Of a stretch of 64,000 nt of DNA, positions 1-9,805 are shown piece by piece (within the stretch, counting starts at the first letter, position 1; every line of letters begins with the position of its first letter). The DNA comes from a virus (taxonomy: Duplodnaviria > Caudoviricetes): positions 8,925 to 72,924 of IMG/VR virus record IMGVR_UViG_3300022893_000001, one strand, 5' to 3'. The notes beneath the pieces are model-generated. The model made no database searches. It was not told the DNA's origin and was given only the letters and a program-made list of their open reading frames with translations. A program made the position numbers and the translations under genes.

Positions 1-585
1 TCCAACACCTTCGTCCTGCAGCCCGGCTCGCTCGCCTTCCCGACCATGCTGCAGGTCAACGAGTTCAACAACAAGGTCTACATGGGCGCGGGGAATAGCC
101 AGATGTTAGGCATCTCCGCCGAAGAGATTGCCCACGACCTGGTCAACATCTGGCGCAACCACAAGGGCTCCTCGGCCGATGAGGGACTGCCGGCCATCTG
201 GGTGTGTTCGCTCGATAACCCGACCGTCGAACAGGTCAAGCAACTGCCCGAGACGATGGAGTGGTACGAGAGCCAGCGCCTCTTTGCCAACTCTAAGGTC
301 CGGGAAGCGCGCCTGTTTGCGGCGCAGAGCCAATGGAGAAACATAACGAAACTCCATTTGTTCATGGGCGCGCTCTTGAACGTGCAGGGCGAGCCGTGGC
401 AGGACTTCGATTCGAAGAACCAGATCGCCAAGGTGCGCTGCCCCTACTGCGATCACCCGATGACGATGGGCGCGGCGATCTGCGGCCAGTGCCGCGAGAT
501 CGTGAATCTTGAGAAGTACAATCAGATTCGAGTGAGCCAGGATCTCCCCACGAGAGCCGTGGCCGCTGCGCCGAAGCCGAGCTAG
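1..585 (+). CDS. Hypothetical protein with C-terminal zinc ribbon (5' end may lie upstream of window)
   Basis: Frame open from base 1; CPYC-x10-CGQC; first gene of + strand virion block. Confidence 0.7.
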   Translation, partial: SNTFVLQPGSLAFPTMLQVNEFNNKVYMGAGNSQMLGISAEEIAHDLVNIWRNHKGSSADEGLPAIWVCSLDNPTVEQVKQLPETMEWYESQRLFANSKVREARLFAAQSQWRNITKLHLFMGALLNVQGEPWQDFDSKNQIAKVRCPYCDHPMTMGAAICGQCREIVNLEKYNQIRVSQDLPTRAVAAAPKPS

Positions 586-598
586 GAGGATCATCCGC

Positions 599-1297
599 AT
601 GGCTATCCCCACCGTAGAGCAAGCTATCGACGAGGCCAGTTTCCACCTGGGCGATATCAAGAAGCGCCGGTTCACTGTGCCCGATCTGCAGATGGCAGTG
701 GGGATGGCCTGGCGGGAAATGATCGAGGAGATGGTCAAGTGCCAGGACCAGCAGGTAGAACTCATGGCGTACTACACGCTGCCGGTGGGCACGCTGACGC
801 TTCTGCCGGCCACCGCGGGGATCAGTAATTTCGGATCGCTCCTGCGCCTCGAAGAGCGGCCGGCGGGCGCGTTGAACACCCAGTTCTTCCCCGTCATGTA
901 CGCCGAGACGCTGCCGCTGCCCTGGTCCCCCACGCACCGGCTCCTCTATTACACCTGGCGCTCAGGCGAGTTCGGGTTCAACCTGGCGACCCAGGCAGTG
1001 GAGCTCCGGATCGTCTACCTGCATTCGGGCGAAGTGCCAACCACCGGGCCGCTGGGGATCGACAACTGCCTCACCGTCGTTGCCAAACTCGCCGCGCGGT
1101 ACGCCGGCCCGCCGAAAGGCGTCAACGATATCCCGGCGCGGATGCACAAAGAGGTCTATGTGGACCCGAATCACATGCAGGCTCTGATCCAGCCCTCGTT
1201 GCGGATGCAGCAAGAGCGCCGGATCCAACCTGCTGCGTACGCTGTCGGCAGTAATAGGCGACGCCCTCGCGGCACTTTCCCTTATTTTGGTCCGTAG
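599..1297 (+). CDS. Putative head-tail adaptor / tail tubular protein A-like
   Basis: GGAGG SD at 585-589; 232 aa; N-terminal helices then beta-rich region; position upstream of nozzle-like gene. Confidence 0.5.
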   Translation: MAIPTVEQAIDEASFHLGDIKKRRFTVPDLQMAVGMAWREMIEEMVKCQDQQVELMAYYTLPVGTLTLLPATAGISNFGSLLRLEERPAGALNTQFFPVMYAETLPLPWSPTHRLLYYTWRSGEFGFNLATQAVELRIVYLHSGEVPTTGPLGIDNCLTVVAKLAARYAGPPKGVNDIPARMHKEVYVDPNHMQALIQPSLRMQQERRIQPAAYAVGSNRRRPRGTFPYFGP

Positions 1298-1332
1298 TCT
1301 GTTTACCGTACTGGAGAAAATGGAACACCACC

Positions 1333-1746
1333 ATGTCCTTTCAAACTGAGAAGATTCCCGGCACTCCCCTCTACAAGTCCCGCACGCCGCAAATCGCGCA
1401 GGGCAACTTACTCTTGGCCGATCTGAACGCCGGCCTCACCATCGTGGCCCCGGCGGGCCGCATCATTCAAATCACCGGCTTCATGTTCCACATGAATGGC
1501 ACCTTCGCCGGCCTTACCGATCTGCGCCTGCAGACCACAGAGACGCCGACGCCCACGCCGCTTGTCACCATCGTCGCCGCCCAGATGGGCGATACGCTGA
1601 TCCACACCGATTCGCTCGGTACGCATGTGCTGGCCCCGGCCTACTGGCTTCCCATTAAATCCGGCCTCCAGATCGTCAAGACCGGCGCGCCAGCGACCGG
1701 CGGCACCTCGGTCGACTACGCCATTCACTACGTCTTCGAGGGCTAA
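1333..1746 (+). CDS. Small beta-rich virion protein (decoration-like)
   Basis: 137 aa, beta-strand pattern, within structural operon. Confidence 0.55.
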   Translation: MSFQTEKIPGTPLYKSRTPQIAQGNLLLADLNAGLTIVAPAGRIIQITGFMFHMNGTFAGLTDLRLQTTETPTPTPLVTIVAAQMGDTLIHTDSLGTHVLAPAYWLPIKSGLQIVKTGAPATGGTSVDYAIHYVFEG

Positions 1747-1749
1747 CCC

Positions 1750-3651
1750 TTGAGCCTGGCTGAACTCAAGCAACGAGTGGTAGCCGATCTGCGCGGCTCC
1801 TGGACACGGGCCCGTACGGAGCCCAACGGGAGCCGCGCGCAAAATACGTATCTGACCAACCGGGCGTCGCGCGCCGAGAACGTCCGGTATGATGCCGGGC
1901 GAGTCATTGGCCGCGACGGGTTCATCGCCGGCAACGCCGCCACCGGCAAGATGACGACCATGTACCAGTGGCTCGCCTACGACGGCTACGCGGCGAACAT
2001 CATCGTGACGTTCGAGAATGGCGCGATCCGGATTCGCGACCTGGTCTTCCAGAACCAGATGACGTGCGAGGTGATTGCAGGCGGCTACGGCATCACCGTT
2101 GTCGAAGCCGGGACGCGCGTCTACATTTCCGTCTTTGCGCAGAACTTCACAGGCGCGACCGAAATGCGCGTGCTGTTCCCGATCCTATCGGGCGATAACA
2201 TCGACAACGCCTTCATGGGGCCGATGACCGTGAACCCCACGGTGTCCGAGCCCTACGAGGGATTCGTCACGGCGGGCCAGCACAAGTTCGGCTACATCGT
2301 CACTTCGCGCAGCGGCGCGCAACTCAAGCCCTCGCCCTACATGTCGGCGATCTTCAACCCGCTGTTGTTCACCACCACCGGCAACATGACGGCGCGCGTC
2401 CAGGTCAGTGCCGTGTGGCCGCAGGACGCTGCCTTTGTGAGCGCGGTGATGAACACCGTCGAACTCCCCGAGAAGTTCTTCATCGTGCCGGGCACCGAGC
2501 TCGCGGTCATCCCCGGCCAGCAGTACACCGTCCAACTGGACTGCTCGATCACCGACGAAGTGCTCCTGGCGACCGGCACCGAGATCCTGGGCAACTTCGA
2601 TTACTTTTCGCAGATGGGCGGCGTGGGGCCGCTGAAACCGTTTAACCTGGCGATGCTCGGCCGGCGGCTGTGCCTCTTTACGGGCGATAACGTGTATCTC
2701 TCGGACCAAGATGATTTCGAGCGCATCACGCCAGACCAGCACATGCTGCAAGTACCCGGCCAGCGGTGGATGGTAACCGGCGCGCAGATCAGGGGAGTCA
2801 ATTACTTTTTCGGGCCGAAATGGACGTATGGGGCGGTCGACAACGAGGACGTTCCGGTCCTGTGGTCTGCGCCCTATGTCATCTCGCAAACGCTGGGCAC
2901 GACGGCGATCCACGGCGTCTGCGTGACAACCAAAGGTGACATGTGCTGGGTGGCGAACGAGCAGGGGCTGTATGACTTCGAGGGCTCCTACAAAGACGTG
3001 CCAGTCTCTGACATGAATTCTCCGGAGTGGTTCCGCATCAACTGGGTGGCGGCACCCACCACGCTCTGGATTGTCGATGACACGATTGAACAGCGCGTGA
3101 TGGTCTTTGCCCCGCTCGACGGAGCGACCGACAACTCGCACCGCCTGACCTGGTCCTATGCGCGCGGGCGCGGTTCGACCGATGTCGACTTCTCGCTCGA
3201 TCCGCTCCCGGCTTCCTCGGCGGCGATGGTGCGCGAGCAGTTCACCCAGCGCCAGCGGCTGTGGCAGGGACCGCCGGCCGCAGCGCCGATCCTTGTCGAA
3301 GAGCGATCCGCGCTCGCCGATAACGGCGTGGCATTCATTCCGATCTGGGAATCGGGCGAAGTCTTCAAGCGGCGGCGCGAAGCCTCTTCCATCGACATGA
3401 AGGTTCATGCCGTGGAGGTAAAAGCCAAGGGTTTTGGGATTCTCCGCTCGCGCGTCTACGAAGCCGGGCGCGGCGTCTATGAGGATCTGGCGACCGAGAC
3501 GCTCCGGGAGCTCCCGCGCGACGCGATTGAAATGGGCTGCGACGTCATGAGCCACGACGTCACCGTCGAATTCAAAACCAACCAGGCGGGCGAGCGCATG
3601 GACATCTCGGACTTCACGGTTTTTCACGTTCCCTGGATCACCAACCGTTAG
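1750..3651 (+). CDS. Putative tail nozzle / DNA stabilisation protein (P22 gp10 / T7 gp12-like beta-propeller)
   Basis: 633 aa beta-rich with propeller-like repeats; order adaptor-nozzle-spike-ejection proteins; TTG start uncertain. Confidence 0.55.
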   Translation: MSLAELKQRVVADLRGSWTRARTEPNGSRAQNTYLTNRASRAENVRYDAGRVIGRDGFIAGNAATGKMTTMYQWLAYDGYAANIIVTFENGAIRIRDLVFQNQMTCEVIAGGYGITVVEAGTRVYISVFAQNFTGATEMRVLFPILSGDNIDNAFMGPMTVNPTVSEPYEGFVTAGQHKFGYIVTSRSGAQLKPSPYMSAIFNPLLFTTTGNMTARVQVSAVWPQDAAFVSAVMNTVELPEKFFIVPGTELAVIPGQQYTVQLDCSITDEVLLATGTEILGNFDYFSQMGGVGPLKPFNLAMLGRRLCLFTGDNVYLSDQDDFERITPDQHMLQVPGQRWMVTGAQIRGVNYFFGPKWTYGAVDNEDVPVLWSAPYVISQTLGTTAIHGVCVTTKGDMCWVANEQGLYDFEGSYKDVPVSDMNSPEWFRINWVAAPTTLWIVDDTIEQRVMVFAPLDGATDNSHRLTWSYARGRGSTDVDFSLDPLPASSAAMVREQFTQRQRLWQGPPAAAPILVEERSALADNGVAFIPIWESGEVFKRRREASSIDMKVHAVEVKAKGFGILRSRVYEAGRGVYEDLATETLRELPRDAIEMGCDVMSHDVTVEFKTNQAGERMDISDFTVFHVPWITNR

Positions 3652-3663
3652 ATAATTGCGTGC

Positions 3664-3906
3664 ATGGATCTGTTGCTAGTAAAGCCGATACGGCCCCTCG
3701 CCAATAGCATCCGCGAATCCGCGGGCCCGCCGCTGCCCAAGCTCATCGCCGAGGCGTTCGATTTGATCGACCTCAACCAGAACGAGATTCGCTCGGCGGT
3801 GCGCGCCTTGCAGAGCGCCCCGGCCCCCGTGGAAGGAGAGGCTCCTCCGCCCGTTGAGCCGCCGCCGGTCACCGGCCTGATCCGCGTGAGTTACGAATCA
3901 CTCTAA
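3664..3906 (+). CDS. Hypothetical virion-associated protein
   Basis: 80 aa ORF abutting the tailspike start. Confidence 0.55.
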   Translation: MDLLLVKPIRPLANSIRESAGPPLPKLIAEAFDLIDLNQNEIRSAVRALQSAPAPVEGEAPPPVEPPPVTGLIRVSYESL

Positions 3907-6900
3907 TGCCAGGCGAAGTTTTCTACGAAGATTCAGTTGACCGATCGCTCAACTCCAAACTGGGCGAGCGGTTCAGCGTGCTCGACATTTCGCCCATCGC
4001 GGGCAAGGGCGTCGACAACGAGTCCCCGGTGTTCGCCGAAGCCTACGACGACAAGATCAAGAAAGGCGGCGGGGCGATCTACGTGCCAGGCGCGGTGGGG
4101 CCCGGCTACAAACTCACGACGCCTCTCGAGCTCGCCGGCACCGTGCCCATCGAGTTCATTGGAGAGGGCCGCGCCTCGCGCATCTATCGCGGCGCAGACA
4201 TGCCGGCGGGCAAGGGCATGATCGACCTCAATGGTGCGCGCAAGGTCACCTTCCGGCATCTGTCCTTCGACGGCGAAGTGCTCACCTCGGCGCAACTTCT
4301 CTATTCGGAATTCGGGAGCGACCCCGCGCATCCGCTGCTCACCACCAACTCGACGTTCTGGCTGAAGGGCTGCGAGGACATCACCTTTGAGGATTGCGAC
4401 TTCGAACACACGGGCGGCTATGCGGCGTACATCGACGCGCGCTCACTCGACTGCCGGCGCATTCGCTTCGTGCGGTGCAGGTTCCGGAACAACCGCCCGC
4501 ACACGTTCGGCACGGCAGCGGCTGACATGATGGACCCGCTGCGGCGCGTGCGGGGCGTCAAGATCGACTGGGAGCGTCACTTCCCAGACCTCCTCGCCGG
4601 AAGCGCCTCGGTCTACGGCTCGTGGACCGGCGGCATTTTCTATCACAACCAGGCGACCGGCGGCTCCTCGCGTGTGCAGGATCTATCGGTCAACAACTGC
4701 CGGTTCGAGCGCAATACCGGCAACTGCGTCTGGGGCCACGGCTACGGCTTCACGGCGTTCCATCAGCGCATCCACGTCGACTACAACACCTTCTTAGACT
4801 GCGGGCTCGACGGCATCTTGTTCGGCAATGTGGTGGGCGGCTCGGCGATTGGCAACAGTATGCGGCGGATCGGCTACGTCTGCTCGGACGATGCCGGGCC
4901 CAGTGTCCCGCGCTGGCTCCCGAATCTCAACGCGACGGGGATCGACACCTCGGGCGTGGTCAAGCTGGTCACCTACGCCAACAACAATTTCTTGAATGTG
5001 AACGGCGGGGCGATCAACGGCGATGGCTTCGCCTACGGGACCATCACGGGGAACACGATCCGCGTCTCACGGCCGGGCGAGCCCGAATACTCCGAGGACT
5101 TCATTGGTTCGAGCTTCGGGCCCGGCGGCAACGGAGCGAACTGGTCCCAAGGCGTGGTGACCGGCAACACGTCCGACAAAGAAGGCGGGCTCGGCATCAC
5201 GATCTCGGGCAACTTTTGTGACAACCTGGGCGGCACCGCGATTGGACTCTTCGCCGCGCGCAACTGCCAGGCGTCTGCGAACACGATCATCGTGCCCAAT
5301 GCGGCGAACCAACAGCCCATCACTATCGGCGGCATCCTGACTGGGGCAAACCAGATGGCGACGGGCAACATCGTCACCGAGAACCGGATTCAATTCGCGC
5401 CGGCCTCGATAGCGCCCGCGATCTTCGAAGATCCGACCTATCGCGTGTTCACTGCCTCTGATGTCAACAACGTCATCAAGAACTACTGCACGGGCGCGAA
5501 CGTCTTCGAGTTCCAGCGCGATCCCAACTCGCTTTCGACAACGGCGCTGTTCTTCACGACCTCCAGTGTGGCGACCTGGCAGTCGCGTCACGGCATCATG
5601 CGCGAAGGCACCGCTGCCGGCTCGGCGCTGCGGTTCTATGCGCAGGACGCTGATGCATTCGGTTGGCTGCACATGCAGCTTCAGATGTACTGGGCAGTCG
5701 GACAGCGCGGGCCGCTGCTCAATGTCTCCGAGTGGGGCCCCTCCGTTTCGGGCGAGGGCGGCGTAATCACCACCGGCAACGTAACCTCGATGCCGTACGC
5801 GAATGCGATGGCGACGTCGAAGCTCTCGGCGTCAGGGTTCCTGGCAATGGGCGATGCGACGTACTGGGAGGTCGATGCCAACAAGCTCGGATCCGACTGG
5901 GCCCTGCTGCGCTGGGACGGGCTGCTCGGCAAGTGGCAGCAGTCGATCTCGACGACCGGCCCGCTGCCGGGCGGCGTCAGGATCTGGACCGACTTTGCCG
6001 GGAGTTCCAGCGGAGCTACCCATCCCGGCGAGCCGGATCAATCGGTGCAGTTCAACGACGGCGGCATATTCGGCGGCGACGCCTACTTCTCTTATGCCAA
6101 GGTCACACACCAGTTGACGCTGTTCAGCTTCGCCTACAACGGCATCACGATGGTCAACGGCGGTTTCCTCGGCGAGAACGTCAACGTCCGGAAGTACCTC
6201 TCGTTTGTGCCGAAGGCCAGTCTCAGTCCCGCAGGCGCGGATAGTTTCACCGGCAATGCTCTGCTCTATGCCGATAGCCCGTCAGGCCGGCTGCGCCTGG
6301 TCCGGGGCCTCACCTTCGACACCTACGAGGACTACGACTTCCAGTCGCGGAACTACTTCGCCAGCGGCACGGCGAACAACGCGATCCAGGCAGCGTCTGG
6401 TGGCGTCACCGCGCTCACCGCGAACTTCACGCACTCCGACCGCTTCACCGTGAATGTGCCGAACGGCGGCGTGAATGCGAAGTGGCTCATCGCGAACGAT
6501 TTTCTGGTGTTCATGCAGAAACCCACGGCGGCGGTATCCGCGCTGGGCGAGGTGCGGCTCTACGCCGATACCGACAATCTGATGTACATCTCAACGAACG
6601 GGCAACCCTATGGGCCCTTCATGAACTCCAGCCCTGGCGATCCAGAGGGTAGTGTTCAGTACAACCGTGGGGGCAGGTTTGCCGGGAACGCCAACCTCTT
6701 CTGGGACGAGGGAGTCAACCGACTGTACGTCACTTGCGCGTCGACGCTTCCGGCGATCAACGTCGACGGCGGCTGGATCCAATCCGCGGGCGGGTATCAA
6801 ACCGTTAGCGCCGGGCTCGCGGTTCAGGCTCTGAGCGGCGTAATTATCGGCCGGTACCTGGCGACCAACGAGTCACTCCTCTTCAAAGGACTGGCGACGG

Positions 6901-8531
6901 CTCCCGGTTTGTCTGATGCTTCGGGCGGTCCTCAAGTGCGGCTCTATGCCAGTTCAGGCGGCGTGATGTACATCTCGTCGAATGGCGCGGCGTGGGGACC
7001 GCTGAACAGCGGCACTCCGCCTGGCGGCGCGAGCGGCCAGATCCAGTACAACAAAAACGGAGCCTTCTTTGCGGACCCTTATCTGACCTGGAATTTCGAC
7101 GCCCTCGTCCTGACCCAGTATGGTTATTTCCAGACCAATTCGGTGAACAACAACGTCCACTGGGTGATGAATCGCACCTTTGCCCCGAACGCCACGGTCT
7201 ACTACGTGGGGATCGACGAGTCGGCGCGCTACTTTGTCCAGGCAGCTTCCATTGGTCCCGTGCTGCTCTACCTGACTCCAAGCGCCACGGCCACTTCATG
7301 TGTTCTGTCTACTCCGGGGACGGTGCAGGCGAATTTTGTAAATGCGCTCGGCTCAAGCTCGGCCACGATTCAAGCGGCCTCCGGTGGCGTGACCGCGCGT
7401 TGGATCTGCCCGAATGAATCGCTGATCTTCCTGGGAATAGCCCAGCCGGCCCTCTCGACCAGCGGGCAGGTGCGGATGTACGCCTCGACGGGCGGCGTAT
7501 TGTATGTCTCCGCGAATGGCGCGGCCTACGGTCCAATCGGCGGCTCGACGCCCCCGGCCGGCGCAGCCAATTATGTGCAGTACAACGGCAGCGGAGTCTT
7601 CGCCGCCAATGCTAGTTTCCAATGGGTTCCCTCCCAGGAGTGCCTGTACCTCTACAACAATCTCGCCTATTATGCCCTGCGCATGATCCGTCAGTCGGCT
7701 TCGGCTTCGGATTACGGCTGGGCGGTCATTGGGGACGGCAGTTGGATCATGGACGACAATACCCGTGGCATCAGGGTATTCACTTACACCGCCAACGCTA
7801 CGGCTTCCTTGTCTCTGTTCAATCTGAATTACGGGTACTTTCAGTCAGGGGCCGGCTTTGTGACCGGCAGCGCCAGCACCTCGGCCGTCAACGCGAGCAG
7901 CGGCGGCGTGTATGCCAAGTGGCTCATCACCAATGACTCGCTCATGTTCATTCAGAGCAACGAACCGGCCCGCTCGGCGGGCGGTCAGGTCAGGATTTAC
8001 GCCAATTACAACGGCCAGTTATACATCTCGACAGCCGGCCAGCCCTACGGCCCGTTCGGTGTCCCCGGGATCACCTCGACTACCCAGCCCCAGTGGACCG
8101 GCACCAACACCGGCTACAACTACACGTTCAACAACGCGAACAACTATTTCATCGTGAACGGAAACGGCGACGTCTCGGCCAACGGAGTCATGACTGCCAA
8201 CGGCGGCGTCGTTTCCAACAGCCAGCAGACAAATGCGGTCCAGTCTGCGGGCGGGTTTAATGCTGGATACAACAGTGGAGCCAACGGCGTCTATCAGATC
8301 GCCGGCGGCACCGTGATCAATAACCAGCGCCAGTTTGTTGGCTACGGCGGGATCAATACCACCGGCCACATGATCGCGAGCGGCAATTGCGTCGCGGCTT
8401 CGTATCAGATCACGGGCGGGTATTATGGGCAGGACTATACCCTTGAAATCACCGCCGGGCAGTTGAAGCTCAACGGCCAGCCGAAGAACTACATGTACTT
8501 CAAGGGCGGCATTATTTGGCAAGTAACTTAG
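3906..8531 (+). CDS. Tailspike/receptor-binding protein: N-terminal right-handed beta-helix (pectate-lyase-like depolymerase) plus four C-terminal repeat modules
   Basis: Pectate_lyase_3-like start (DNESPVFAEA...GGAIYVPG); Asn/Gly ladders; repeated QYN-x2-GxF and VRxYA-x5-YIS-NG-x2-YGP motifs. Confidence 0.8.
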   Translation: MPGEVFYEDSVDRSLNSKLGERFSVLDISPIAGKGVDNESPVFAEAYDDKIKKGGGAIYVPGAVGPGYKLTTPLELAGTVPIEFIGEGRASRIYRGADMPAGKGMIDLNGARKVTFRHLSFDGEVLTSAQLLYSEFGSDPAHPLLTTNSTFWLKGCEDITFEDCDFEHTGGYAAYIDARSLDCRRIRFVRCRFRNNRPHTFGTAAADMMDPLRRVRGVKIDWERHFPDLLAGSASVYGSWTGGIFYHNQATGGSSRVQDLSVNNCRFERNTGNCVWGHGYGFTAFHQRIHVDYNTFLDCGLDGILFGNVVGGSAIGNSMRRIGYVCSDDAGPSVPRWLPNLNATGIDTSGVVKLVTYANNNFLNVNGGAINGDGFAYGTITGNTIRVSRPGEPEYSEDFIGSSFGPGGNGANWSQGVVTGNTSDKEGGLGITISGNFCDNLGGTAIGLFAARNCQASANTIIVPNAANQQPITIGGILTGANQMATGNIVTENRIQFAPASIAPAIFEDPTYRVFTASDVNNVIKNYCTGANVFEFQRDPNSLSTTALFFTTSSVATWQSRHGIMREGTAAGSALRFYAQDADAFGWLHMQLQMYWAVGQRGPLLNVSEWGPSVSGEGGVITTGNVTSMPYANAMATSKLSASGFLAMGDATYWEVDANKLGSDWALLRWDGLLGKWQQSISTTGPLPGGVRIWTDFAGSSSGATHPGEPDQSVQFNDGGIFGGDAYFSYAKVTHQLTLFSFAYNGITMVNGGFLGENVNVRKYLSFVPKASLSPAGADSFTGNALLYADSPSGRLRLVRGLTFDTYEDYDFQSRNYFASGTANNAIQAASGGVTALTANFTHSDRFTVNVPNGGVNAKWLIANDFLVFMQKPTAAVSALGEVRLYADTDNLMYISTNGQPYGPFMNSSPGDPEGSVQYNRGGRFAGNANLFWDEGVNRLYVTCASTLPAINVDGGWIQSAGGYQTVSAGLAVQALSGVIIGRYLATNESLLFKGLATAPGLSDASGGPQVRLYASSGGVMYISSNGAAWGPLNSGTPPGGASGQIQYNKNGAFFADPYLTWNFDALVLTQYGYFQTNSVNNNVHWVMNRTFAPNATVYYVGIDESARYFVQAASIGPVLLYLTPSATATSCVLSTPGTVQANFVNALGSSSATIQAASGGVTARWICPNESLIFLGIAQPALSTSGQVRMYASTGGVLYVSANGAAYGPIGGSTPPAGAANYVQYNGSGVFAANASFQWVPSQECLYLYNNLAYYALRMIRQSASASDYGWAVIGDGSWIMDDNTRGIRVFTYTANATASLSLFNLNYGYFQSGAGFVTGSASTSAVNASSGGVYAKWLITNDSLMFIQSNEPARSAGGQVRIYANYNGQLYISTAGQPYGPFGVPGITSTTQPQWTGTNTGYNYTFNNANNYFIVNGNGDVSANGVMTANGGVVSNSQQTNAVQSAGGFNAGYNSGANGVYQIAGGTVINNQRQFVGYGGINTTGHMIASGNCVAASYQITGGYYGQDYTLEITAGQLKLNGQPKNYMYFKGGIIWQVT

Positions 8532-8539
8532 GAGAACTT

Positions 8540-8950
8540 ATGCAAATTTCAATCCCGATGCGCCCCAGGCTGTATCTGCTCGCGCTGATCGGTCAGGAGT
8601 CGGGCGGCTTAGAAGATGAGAAGCGCATGATCGCGACCGAATTGCTGTACAAGATCGAAGTGCCTTCAGACGAGATCGGCCTCTATGAGACGCCTATGCC
8701 GCAGGGCGGCGCGTACCTGCACCTCGACCGGATCGCCCAGGCTCCGGACCTCCCGGTGGATCTCACCGCCGCCGAGCTCCGCCGCGCGCAGTCGCTGTTC
8801 GCGGAGTGGAAGAACTACCGCCCCGGCGACGACCGCTTCGTTCGCCCGTTCCTCAAGACGATCCGCGAGGCGCTTGAGGCCGGCGATTCCGTGAGCGCGC
8901 CTCCGCCGGTTGCCGCTATCGCCAAGAGAAAGTCCGCAAACGGTCTATAA
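8540..8950 (+). CDS. Hypothetical protein (possible spike assembly chaperone)
   Basis: AGGAG SD then ATG 8540; directly after tailspike. Confidence 0.6.
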   Translation: MQISIPMRPRLYLLALIGQESGGLEDEKRMIATELLYKIEVPSDEIGLYETPMPQGGAYLHLDRIAQAPDLPVDLTAAELRRAQSLFAEWKNYRPGDDRFVRPFLKTIREALEAGDSVSAPPPVAAIAKRKSANGL

Positions 8951-8975
8951 GACCCATCAACAGAAAGAAGGAACC

Positions 8976-9464
8976 ATGAAGACCCCCGTCAAAGCCCCCC
9001 CCCGATCCGCTCCCACCTCGATAGATCCCTCGAAGATCCTGGTCAGAGCGATGAAGGGCTACCTCTACAGCCCATTCACCAAGCGACTCTATTACACCTA
9101 TAACCGGCAGGAAGTTGGGCCTTCGGAATATGAACGGCCCTGGTCAGTCAACCCAAACTATGGCTTCGAAACACCCATTTATCCGCTCAACCCAGTCGAC
9201 TACCCAACTGCCGAAACCGCCAATACCATCCTTGAATGGGCCAGGGCGCAGTGGCCTTCGAGCGGTCTGATCTTCGATATCTACGTCCCCACGCCGGAAG
9301 GTCACGTCACGCAACTGCAGTACTGGTTGGTGGTCACCAACGGGCAAGACCTGTATGAGATTTACAGCGCCGGCTGGTGGGCATTTGATCTCGACAAGGA
9401 CGGCCAGCAAGCCGCCTACGAGCAGCGCACCGCCGAACTGCGCGATGCGGGATTCTCCGTCTAG
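8976..9464 (+). CDS. Hypothetical protein, aromatic-rich
   Basis: GAAGGA SD then ATG 8976; protein-like composition. Confidence 0.6.
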   Translation: MKTPVKAPPRSAPTSIDPSKILVRAMKGYLYSPFTKRLYYTYNRQEVGPSEYERPWSVNPNYGFETPIYPLNPVDYPTAETANTILEWARAQWPSSGLIFDIYVPTPEGHVTQLQYWLVVTNGQDLYEIYSAGWWAFDLDKDGQQAAYEQRTAELRDAGFSV

Positions 9465-9573
9465 CAGTAGACTTGGTGCAACTCGCTTGGCCCGTCAACT
9501 GGGCTAATCTCCGCAGGCCAGCGAGGCAGGGCGGTCGAACCGATGCGGCCGCCCCGTAAAGAAAGGAGCCCGT

Positions 9574-9762
9574 ATGCCAATTATTCAAGTCATGGTGGTC
9601 ATCATCGTGGTCGGCGTGCTGCTGTACTTCGCCAACCTGTACATCCCGATGGCAACGCCGATTAAGCAAATCCTCAACATCGTTGTCATCCTCTTTTTGG
9701 TCCTGTGGCTGCTCTCAGTCTTTGGTCTGCTGCCTGGCGGCACGGTTCCTCGGCTCCGGTGA
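9574..9762 (+). CDS. Small two-TM membrane protein (Thivi_2564-like family; possible holin)
   Basis: AAGGAG SD; two hydrophobic helices separated by YIPM-x3-K-x-ILN. Confidence 0.7.
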   Translation: MPIIQVMVVIIVVGVLLYFANLYIPMATPIKQILNIVVILFLVLWLLSVFGLLPGGTVPRLR

Positions 9763-9805
9763 CAAATCGCGGTGGTAATGTTTAACGAAGAGGAATCGCC
9801 CCATC

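Noticed and set aside
2185-3627. 480-aa minus-strand ORF
   Set aside because: Antisense to the nozzle-like gene, which fits operon context and codon bias
4521-4610. Odd charged insert in the tailspike beta-helix (MMDPLRRVRGVKIDWERHFPDLL)
   Set aside because: No intein, intron or alternative-frame signal; most likely a surface loop
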